Assembly (NCBI RefSeq): GCF_006345805.1
Contig: NW_021825601.1
Span: 1 to 14,991, forward strand
Source of the DNA: Octopus sinensis
Lineage: Eukaryota
Direction: 5' to 3'
DNA length: 14,991 bases
Shown: in pieces, positions 1 to 9,512 of the stretch
Layout of the letters: every line of letters begins with the position of its first letter
Position numbering within the stretch: position 1 is the stretch's first letter
The notes under the pieces: generated by a model
Told to the model about the DNA's origin: nothing
Databases searched by the model: none
The model's input: the letters and a program-made list of their open reading frames with translations, nothing else
Made by a program: the position numbers and the translations under genes

Positions 1-183
1 AATTTGACAACAAGGTCAAGATGAGTTCTGATTTGCTGTATGCAAATGAGTTCATTACTGGGCTCCGGAATCTTGTGGGAAAAAAAATTCGTTGCCGGGA
101 CTTAGCAAATCCAAATAGCGACAAATGATACTAATTATATTTTCATCCAGAGTGTTAAAGAAAATTACTCGCGTGTTATTCGT

Positions 184-223
184 TTACTGGCTTTATTTTA
201 TCGACCCATGATTCGAACTCAGA
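184..223 (-). mobile_element. Short, internally deleted fragment of SINE family A
   Basis: ACTGG..TTATTTTTATCGACCC and TTCGAACTCAGA match two separate blocks of the family-A copies at 1800-2026 and 7295-7479, with the intervening part missing. Confidence 0.4.
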
Positions 224-863
224 CAATTTATGTCACTATATGTTACATTAAGATGTTGGAGAACATCAACTGCGTGAATCAATACGCCTTGTCTATTAAA
301 GAACAATAGAATATGCAGTAGTTTAGTGGCACACACACACACACACAACCCACACACAGCATAATATATATATGCTGCAGTTATATTTGGTAAATAACGG
401 TGTGCCATGATGCTTAAAATACCAATTCTACAGAACGACTATTATTCCGTATATACCTATAAAGCATTTTAGTGGAGCAGAGCACAAAGCAAATGCAGTT
501 TTGTTTTGTTGCGAATGCTGCATTAACTGCCAGCTATAAATGGTACCTATAATATCTAGGGTTTTGCAATAATATGTTCTTGATCCAAAATAGAGATGCC
601 GTGTTTGGCAGTCAGATGCTATTAATAATAATATCTGCGTCTATAAATGGGTTTTCAAGCTGACATCGTGTTAGCTGCTTCGTTGAATCTAACAAATAAT
701 GATGGATACAAATTGATTTGATTGTTGACCAATTTTCACAAATATCTTCACTCTGATAATTATGATAATAGAATTTTTTTTTCCACTTTCCATTTTTGTA
801 AATTATCAACGAATTACTGTATCTCAATCGAGCAGAGTTTCGGTTTGAAATATATATTATATG

Positions 864-1260
864 TTTTACTTGTTTCAGTCATTAGACTGCGGCCATACTG
901 GGATACCGCCTTGAAGAATTTTTGAGTCGATTGAATCGATACAGGTATTTATATTTTGTAAAGATTGGTTCTTATTCTACCGTTGTCTTTTGCCTAACCG
1001 CTACGTTATGGGAACGTAAACACACCAACACCAATCGTCAGGCAGTATTGGGGGACATACAGACACACACAATGATGCAAGCACACACACATATATATAT
1101 GTGTATGATGGGCTTCTCTAAGTTTCCGTCTACTAAATTTACACACAAGGCTTTGGTCGGCCAGAGGCTACAGAAGATACCCTATGTTCCACGCAGTGGA
1201 ATGGAAACCGAAATCCTGTGGTTGGGAAGCAAAATTCATATCACACAGCCACGCCCGCAC
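864..1260 (-). mobile_element. Near full-length tRNA-derived SINE, family B (CORE-like), diverged
   Basis: Its reverse complement aligns along its length with the + copy at 12986-13350 (head, GACGGAAACT..AAGCCC block, internal CA/TA microsatellite, TTTACGT block) and with the tail at 3713-3854 (..TGACTGAAACAAGTAAAA). Confidence 0.85.
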
Positions 1261-1590
1261 TAATCAATAATTAATCAAGAAAATAAATATTTAATAATAA
1301 CGCTAATGAATTACCTCTAATATTTTAAGAACTCCAAAATAAAGTAAATACAATTACAAAATGAGATTCAGACGATAAAACAATTTATTTGTGTCTTCTT
1401 CTTAATCTAAACAAATTCTATATTTCAAAGAACTACACTTCAACCCCCAATGAACGGCTTTCAGTTTACACATCCATCAGTGTTAAGTACTTTCCAAAAA
1501 GAAGGAAAACCTACTTTGTTTACCCACGTTCTTAATAATTACTTGACTATTATTAGAAGCAGAATATATTATTAGATATTGGTTTTAAAC

Positions 1591-1789
1591 TTTGATATAA
1601 GGCCAGCAGTTTCGGGGGTGTGTGAGGGTGGTATGTGGATGACGTTGCCCACAGAGTTCAACTTGGACTTATTTCATCGACCCCCACGAAAGGGTTGAAA
1701 GGCAAAGTTAATCTTGGCGGAATTTGAACTCAGAACGCCAAGACAGACAACTGTGCCACGTGTTAACGATTCTGCCAACTCGCTGCCTT
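1591..1789 (-). mobile_element. tRNA-derived SINE, family A
   Basis: On the minus strand the head reads AAGGCAGCGAGTTGGCAGAATCGTT (A-box-like) then GAGTTCAAATTCC (B-box). It shares the TTATTT..ATCGACCCC..GAAAGGCAAAGT body with the other copies in the window. Confidence 0.8.
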
Positions 1790-1799
1790 AGAATATATT

Positions 1800-2026
1800 T
1801 ATTTCTTTATTGCCCAAATGGGTGGGGTGTAAACATAGAGGTGAGAAACAAGGGATTAAGTCGATTACATCGACCCCAGTGCGTAACTGGTACTTATTTA
1901 ATCGACCCCGAAAGGATAAAATGCAAAGTCAACCTCGGCGGAATTTGAACTCAGAACACCAAGACGGTCAAAATTTCTCTAGGCATTTGGTGCGACGTGC
2001 TAACGTTTCTGCCAGCTCGCTGCCTT
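1800..2026 (-). mobile_element. Full-length tRNA-derived SINE, family A, with 10-bp target-site duplication
   Basis: A-box-like TGGCAGAAACG and B-box GAGTTCAAATTCC on the minus strand. Flanked by the direct repeat AGAATATATT at 1790-1799 and 2027-2036. Confidence 0.85.
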
Positions 2027-2817
2027 AGAATATATTATAAATATTGATGACGTGTGATTGGCCATTCTTTGGCACGAAGTTTAAGTATTTTCATAGTAAA
2101 TATAAATAAATAAATAAATAAATAAACAAATATATTTGTCACATACCTGTGATAAATACAAGAAATAGAAACAGATAAAATAAATATCTATATAAATATC
2201 TATATAAAGGGCATGGGTACATACAGCATAAAAAGTGAACCCGTATACACACACAAACACACGCACAATAACTTCACAGACGGCTGCAACGATATCAACA
2301 ACACGACTAACAATGACAGCAGCAGCGGCGGTAACAACGATGGCAATAACAACAACAACAGCTATTATCACGATGGCAACACCGTTGGCGAACACACAAA
2401 CACAGAGAGATACAGGAACTGTACCAAATGTTCGGGTCTTAGGGCAGCAGTAACACAATAGAGTGAGAGGATGGGGCTGAGGGAAAGGCTGCCAAGGACA
2501 ATGACAAACACACAAACACACACACACACACACATATGCACACGCGCGCGTGCGTGTGAGTGGTTGTGTGTTAAATAAAATGAGACAATAAAGCCAAGGC
2601 TGTGTGGAATTTTCAGGACATTTTCAAAATGTAGCCACATGCAAATCGTTGGCGATTTTTTCCCCTCCGTCTTCCTTTTCTGAAGAAAAGCTTTGCTCCA
2701 AACGTAAAACCACATTTCTTTCCTTCCCTGAGCATCTGATAATACTTTGCATGTACCATGTCCTCGCATTGTTGTTTTTTGTGTTTGTTCTTCGTTTCTG
2801 GGGGGGATTTACTACAC

Positions 2818-2850
<33 letters not shown>

Positions 2851-3712
2851 ACAAACTCACACACCCAATATACATATTTTACGTTGTTCTCCATATTTAG
2901 TCCTTGTACGTTCAATGCCTCAGTGATGTTTGATATCATTACCTAACTCAAAAGTTCACTACCATTGAATATAAAGGCCTTACACTCCAAACGTCCCGAA
3001 ACGGTGCTGATTCTATTCCCAGTTGAAACCAATATGTTCTTTTCCACTAATCGTTTCCTCGTTTCATTTCAATTTTCATTCTAACACACACACATATATA
3101 TATGCATGTGTGTGTGTGTGTGTGTGTGAAGCAAAACCATACCTCTATCGCTTTTTTATATTCGTGAATAAATCACAACAATTTGTTTACATACTCAGGC
3201 AATAAATAAAGGAAATGTCTATGCGCATCGTAAGAAACTCTAAACCGCAGTGAAAAAAAAAATAAAACCAGTTCTTTTTCAAGTAAACATGTTATATTAC
3301 GTCGTAAGAAAAAACTGGTGAAATAGCTGTACTGAATAATCTATAAAAAAACAAAGTAACACTAAGGCATATATCTAAGAAATTCAGAACGTGTATACAA
3401 TGACAATGGTCTGGCGATGAATTGTATCATGTACAGAAAAAAATGCTCATATTTAGAAAAAGAACAAAAAAAAATCTAGCGTAAGAAAACATTATCACCA
3501 TAGAAAGCCAAACGAAGTACTTCTCTGTGTTAACAAATATTCAAACTCACACTTTCAATGATAACATCTTATTTATAACATGAAAAACAAAATAATTCAT
3601 TCACCCGCAATGACCTTCGAAAAAATATATACGATATATGAGTATGTGGGGGCCGTGTCTATTGGGGGCATAGACAGACAGATAGACAGATAGATACATA
3701 CATACATAACAA

Positions 3713-3854
3713 ACAACCGATGGTGGTGTGTTTACGTCCCCCATAACTTAGCGGTTCGGCAATAGACAACGATAGAATAAGTACTAGACTTATAAAGAAT
3801 AAGACCTAGGATCGATTTGTTCGACAAATGACTGAAACAAGTAAAAAAAGAATA
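3713..3854 (+). mobile_element. 5'-truncated 3' portion of SINE family B
   Basis: ACAACCGATG..GTGTTTACGTCCCCATAACTTAGCGGTTCGGCAA..AATAAGTACTAG matches 13257-13350. It ends in AAATGACTGAAACAAGTAAAAAAAGAATA. It lacks the internal block (GGCGGT..GGCCGCAGTC) present in the 864-1260 copy. Confidence 0.8.
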
Positions 3855-4248
3855 CACACGTACACACACACACACACACACCACACACACACATATATAT
3901 ATAAATATATATGCACTCACACGTACACACACATGCGCGTGCACAAAGTAAGCGCAAGCGGTATTTAAAATTTACGACATCTGTTGCACTAGAATTTTAT
4001 TCAATAAAGTCATAAAAGATTACATCATAAAATAAAACCCACCGCCATTATCAGGTAAGATTTGACACCGATATGACTTGGACACAGTCAACGTCGCTGG
4101 ACTAGTGGTTCATTTGCGTTTTACATTGTAATTTAGAGGATAATTAGAAGGTAAATACTGGCAAATAAGAAACAGGAAGATCATAAAAAATATACAATCT
4201 AAATTCATTTATGTAAATTAGGTGATGTTTTAACAACGATGCCGAATA

Positions 4249-4634
4249 TGTGGTTGGCACTCCGTCGGTTACGACGACGAGGGTTCCAGTTGATCCGATC
4301 AACGGAACAGCCTGCTCGTGAAATTAACGTGCAAGTGGCTGAGCACTCCACAGTCACGTGTACTCTTGACGTAGTTCACGGGTAGATTCAGCGTGACACA
4401 GAGTGTGACAAGGCTGGTCCTTTGAGATTCAGGTACGACAGAAACAGGAAGAAAGAGTGAGAAAAAGTTGTAGTGAAAGAGTACAGCAGGGTTCGCCACC
4501 ATCCCTTGCCGGAGCCTTGTGGAACTTTTTGGTGTTTTCGCTCAATAAACACCCACAAACCCCGGTCTGGGAATCGAAACCGTGATCCCACGACCGCGAG
4601 TCCGCTGCCCTAACCTCTGGGCCATTGCGCCTCC
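4249..4634 (-). mobile_element. Full-length tRNA-derived SINE, family C, with 13-bp target-site duplication
   Basis: Minus-strand head GGAGGCGCAATGGCCCAGAGGTTAGGGCAGCGGACTCGCGGTCGTGGGATCACGGTTTCGATTCCC has an A-box (TGGCCCAGAGG) and B-box (GGTTTCGATTCC). A perfect direct repeat ACGATGCCGAATA lies at 4236-4248 and 4635-4647. Confidence 0.9.
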
Positions 4635-5481
4635 ACGATGCCGAATAAACTAGGAATCAACAGACATAACGTTGCCATGAGCTGCCATGAAAAAGTCCGC
4701 AAAACCTTAGTGGATATACGACGCCTTACAAGCGCTTGATACACATTTAATATTCTTTACTTGAATGCGAGCTGAGTGTTGTATCGTAACTAGCCATTTC
4801 TGGCGTCCTACCAGTTGTTGCACCTTGATTCTATGAATCCATATAACAACATCCTATACATACATGCATTTATACAAACATAGATATCTATGTGTGTGTG
4901 TATGTGTGTGTGTGTGTATGTATGTGTGTGTGTGTGGGTGGGTGTAAATATATTTATATATATATAAATTACAAAATGGAGTTAGGCGCAGGTGTTATTC
5001 AAATCTTTATGCTTCCGACATATATTTTGAAGAAAACGTTAGTATTATTCCTGAGGAAGTAAAATGATGTAAAATAATGTAATCATCTCGTCAGGGAAAG
5101 AAAAGAGAAACAAAACACATAAAGAAGCCATTTTAACCGAATGTAATTACGGCGGATATGTTACTTTTTAAAAAGTCGTTAATATGTTTATATATATATA
5201 AACTTATATATATCAAATGAGAGAAAGAGAGAATGGAATTTATGAGATTCTTTATTCATCGTTTAGACCAATCTTGCATCGATCTCTTGCGGGTGAGATT
5301 CTGGAGAACTGGCTGTGATGCATCATTCGGAGCAGATGTGTCACGTCAGGTACCTTTTCAAAAGGTGCTTCGCTCAAGAAACTCGGTAAATAGAGAAATA
5401 CATTATAAGAGAGTCAAACGAAAGTGATGACATCAGGTAGCCGAAGACAGTGAACGTGCTTTACTCAGCATGCTACCAAGC

Positions 5482-6160
<679 letters not shown>

Positions 6161-6871
6161 ATACACATATTACAGGGGCATGTGTGTCAAGTATATTCTT
6201 CGTAATCCAATTATGGGATTACAGTTTGCACACACATGACCATATATACACACACATATACACACACATGCACAAGCGTATATATACATGAATAGATGTA
6301 CGTTTATGAAAAGAGTGGGGGAGAGAAAGAGAGAGATAGAGAGAGATAGAGCAGAAAGATAGTGGTATACCTGAAAAGTTCAAACCACGCCTAAATCACT
6401 TTTATTGTCTGTTATCTTTTTAAATAACGAGAAGTAAACTAAATTAGTTATAAATAATATTTCCCGTTTCTTCTTAATGAAACTCCCTCGTGTCTAAACA
6501 GAATACGCTTTCATTTTAATGATGCCGCTCGTATTTCAGAGTTAAGTTCTCGCTTTGACAGTTTTGGATTGCTTTCTCGTTCCTAAGTGGTTTCGCCTTT
6601 TTCATTTAATAGCCATTGAAGAAGTACTCTCGACCTTTCTAAGTCCTTCCAGAATGGCGAGATTGATGTGGTTAATGTTTCCAGTGTAAATATCTGCAAA
6701 CTGTTGTTAGTAGAGAGAAATCCAAGCGACCAGAAAATGCTTAAGAGACGCTCTTGGAGGTGAGATAGCAAGATAAACAGGAGGAAGAATGATGTGGACA
6801 TTGATGGAGAGAGAATGTAAAAATATCAAGAAGAGTGGAGAGACCGTTGTATAAATGAATGCTTTCAAAAT

Positions 6872-7075
6872 CTGGCACACGGTTAACAATTTTAGAGGAG
6901 TGGTAATTCGATTCCATTGATCGTTGTGCTTGACTGGGGCTTATTTTATCGATTCCGAGAGGATGAAAGGCAAAGTCGACTTCAGCAACATTTGAACTCT
7001 GAACGTAAAGCCGGAAGAAATGTCTCTAAGCGTTTTGTTCGACATGTTAACGAAAGAACCTGCATGCTCTCCGCT
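6872..7075 (-). mobile_element. Diverged SINE family A copy
   Basis: CTTATTTTATCGATTCCGAGAGGATGAAAGGCAAAGTCGAC..TTTGAACTCTGAACGTAAAG matches the family-A body. Ends are approximate. Confidence 0.7.
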
Positions 7076-7105
7076 GTACCGTTATATAGAATAATATTTT
7101 CTATT

Positions 7106-7286
7106 ATAGGCACAAAGACTGGAATTTAGGGGAGGAGGCTTGTCGGTTAAATTGACTCCAGTGCTTAACTAGTACTTATTTTATCTACCCCGAACCGGCG
7201 CAATTTGAACTTAGAGCATGGAGACGGACGAAAATAGCTGTTAAGCATTCTAATGGGCAGGCTAACGGTTCCGCCAGCTCGCCACT
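7106..7286 (-). mobile_element. SINE family A copy with internal deletion
   Basis: AGTACTTATTTTATCTACCCCGAACCGGCGCAATTTGAACTTAGA..GCTAACGGTTCCGCCAGCTCGCC. The ATGAAAGGCAAAGT block is missing. Confidence 0.75.
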
Positions 7287-7294
7287 TTACAGTG

Positions 7295-7479
7295 GGAACA
7301 ATCGCAGCAATTTTAGGGCGAGTAGATAAGTGAATTACACCGACCTCAGTGTTTAACTGGTACTTATTTGATCGACCCCGAACCGATGAAAGGCAAAGTG
7401 GACCCCGGCGGAATTCGAACTCAAAACGTAAAGACGGAGGAAATACCACAGCCGTCATGCTAGCTATTCCGCCAGCTCG
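7295..7479 (-). mobile_element. SINE family A copy
   Basis: AACTGGTACTTATTTGATCGACCCCGAACCGATGAAAGGCAAAGTGGACCCCGGCGGAATTCGAACTC..TTCCGCCAGCTCG. Confidence 0.8.
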
Positions 7480-7793
7480 TGATCTTACTGTCGTATAACA
7501 TAATATAAAAACAATTGGCGAGGCACAAAGCCAGAGCGATTGTGATCTTGGTGTTGACCTATGTTGGTGATCAAATGTGTGCCAATTAGACTGAGGGTCT
7601 TCGATTTGGATGCTTTTGAAGATATTTCCTTGTATAACATAATAAAGGCCGTTAAAGATATATGGACATTGCTACAAAGCGGATGATACAAGAGTTTTGT
7701 TGAGGCAAACTAGTATAATCCAGCCTTCATCAGGTGTCTTGGAGAAATTTCGAACCTGGGTTCTCATTCCTAAGGTATTTTTCGATGCTATTA

Positions 7794-7849
<56 letters not shown>

Positions 7850-7851
7850 TA

Positions 7852-7926
7852 TCAGGTCACTGCCTGGAATCGAACTCGGTATCTTGGGGTTAATAGTCAG
7901 CGCTCTTAACCACTACGCCATATGCC
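7852..7926 (-). promoter_or_regulatory. tRNA-like head with internal Pol III promoter (left arm)
   Basis: Minus strand: A-box TGGCGTAGTGG, anticodon-like loop CTATTAA, B-box GAGTTCGATTCC. The acceptor stem is not convincing, so this is a SINE head, not a tRNA gene. Confidence 0.75.
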
Positions 7927-7930
7927 TGTG

Positions 7931-8005
7931 GGCATATGGCGTAGAGGTTAAGAGCGCGGGCTACTAACCCCAATACTCCGAGTTCGATTCCAGGCAGTGA
8001 CCTGA
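7931..8005 (+). promoter_or_regulatory. tRNA-like head with internal Pol III promoter (right arm)
   Basis: A-box TGGCGTAGAGG, GGG-CTACTAA-CCC anticodon-like arm, B-box GAGTTCGATTCC. Parent tRNA is undetermined (Asn-GTT- or Ser-GCT-like). Confidence 0.75.
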
Positions 8006-8051
<46 letters not shown>

Positions 8052-8133
8052 TGATGATGATGACGACAACAACAACAACAACAACATCGAAAAATACCAT
8101 AGGAATGTGAACCTAAGTTCGAAATTTCCCCAA

Positions 8134-8179
8134 GACACCTGATAAAGGCTGGAGGTTATATCAGCCGAAACGTTGTGTT
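8134..8179 (+). ncRNA. Minimal type I hammerhead ribozyme motif (Penelope-like), probably inactive here (G8->A)
   Basis: Stem I GACAC(8134-8138)/GTGTT(8175-8179). Core CTGATAA at 8139-8145 (the left arm has CTGATGA) plus an extra A. Stem II GGCTGG(8147-8152)/TCAGCC(8161-8166). GAAA at 8167-8170, palindromic AACGTT stem III, cleavage triplet GUU at 8172-8174. Confidence 0.7.
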
Positions 8180-8814
8180 AACAACAAACAAGATGAGGAC
8201 AAATATCCGTCAAATGTAAATAATGTACATAATTCCTCATCTCTTAAATATAGATCTCCACGATGGTGTAGTACTTCAATGCAAATCGTAGAGGCTTTTT
8301 GTTGAGGCCAGCAAGTGTGTACTAATGTGGGTCAGCCCTCCAGTGTGCGCCGTTTTCGAAGTCTGCTACACCAATGTGGGTCTCTGCTTCTACAAGATTT
8401 TGGAAATAATGTGGATGCCATTAATCTGCTAGTTTTCTCCATAATCTAAATCTGTGGTTCCATATTTCAGGAATCAATACTGGAAATGGAATGACAAGCA
8501 ACTCAGTGCATCACCGAGTTGGAAAGGATGCCAGTTGGTGTACCGGACTGCTTTTATCTACTTCAATACGCCATTATATATATATGTATAGATGTATGTA
8601 TGTGTGTATGTGTATGTGTATGTGTGTGTGTGTGTGTGTTTGTGTGTGTGTGTGCAACACATATATATTGAATAAAATGGGTAAAAGAAAAAAAGAGACT
8701 TCAGCAAACATTATTCCACTAAGGTCTGCATAAAAGCATAAATAAAAAAAAAAACTTGAAACAGAATTACTTCGATAATCCTCTCCACTCCCCGCGCCCC
8801 AACCCTCATCTCTA

Positions 8815-9310
8815 ACCACCACCACGACGACCATCGCCAACACTATTATTGCAACAAATCTTATCACCCCGATCACAAACACCACCACCACTACCAACAA
8901 CAACAACAACAACAACAAGAACAGCAACAACTATAACAACACTATAACCACCTACACAGCCGCTGCCACCACCAACACAGGTATCATCACTAGTATTAAC
9001 AAAACCTTCATCACCACCACCACTAACTACTACTACTACTACTACTACTATTGACGCATCCTCAATGTATTCCACACCTAGTGCCACCACCACTACTACC
9101 ACCACCACCACAACCACCATCACTCGCACTACCATCACCACCACTACCACCACCTGCACTACCACCACCACCACCACCACTACCACTACCACCACCACCG
9201 TAACTAACTGCTACTACTACTATTGGCGCATCCTCAATATTACACCACTCGCACTACTACCACCCGCACTATCATCACCCGCACAACCACTACTACTACT
9301 ACAAGCGAAA
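8815..9310. repeat. Compound (ACC/ACT/AAC)n trinucleotide low-complexity tract with higher-order duplicated units
   Basis: Directly visible. CTACTACTACTATTG(A/G)CGCATCCTCAAT occurs twice, ending at 9066 and 9238. Confidence 0.9.
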
Positions 9311-9429
9311 CTACACCTGACACAATCTCACCATGTTGTCCAATCTAAATTGCGTATGAACGGAAATGATTATATAACGACCTTACATTTTTATTTTGAT
9401 TGGAAGCTCTACCAATATGATTACCACCA

Positions 9430-9441
9430 TCATCAACATCA

Positions 9442-9499
<58 letters not shown>

Positions 9500-9512
9500 C
9501 ATCATTATTATC
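9430..9512. repeat. (CAT)/(TAT)n microsatellite
   Basis: Directly visible. Confidence 0.95.

Larger units (their letters stand above)
7714..8253. mobile_element. Palindromic composite element: two head-to-head tRNA-headed SINE-like units with Penelope-like hammerhead tails
   Basis: Left arm 7714-7926 and right arm 7931-8160 are reverse complements around a 4-nt centre (TGTG, 7927-7930). By hand count there are 7 mismatches in 75 nt of the tRNA-like part and 6 in about 68 nt of the outer part. Spacers are (TAT)n on the left and (AAT/GAT/AAC)n on the right. Confidence 0.85.

Noticed and set aside
40-47. Octamer ATGCAAAT (also at 2639 and 8279) suggesting an snRNA distal element
   Set aside because: No recognisable PSE or snRNA body follows. 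A few hits per 15 kb of AT-rich DNA are near chance expectation.
4052-4060. Consensus donor CAG|GTAAGA
   Set aside because: All three upstream frames hit stops within the nearest plausible exon. Isolated signal.
5349-5368. Short palindrome ACCTTTT-C-AAAAGGT resembling a histone stem-loop or terminator
   Set aside because: It does not match the histone stem-loop consensus and there is no upstream histone ORF. Too short to be significant.
6653-6759. Candidate 107-bp + strand exon (TTCCAG| .. GAG|GTGAGA; NGEIDVVNVSSVNICKLLLVERNPSDQKMLKRRSW)
   Set aside because: The peptide is unrecognised and has no partner exons. Splice-like pairs of this quality are common by chance.
7931-8005. Possible genuine tRNA gene
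   Set aside because: No proper 7-bp acceptor stem, the anticodon differs between the two arms (ACT vs ATT), and it is embedded in a repeat with a non-tRNA tail. Treated as a SINE head.
8254-8560. Faint minus-strand similarity to the post-RT region of L1/Tx1-type LINEs (..FRLWRK..IGVADFE..HT..LTHIS)
   Set aside because: It needs several frameshifts and stops to assemble. It cannot be supported without a translated profile search.
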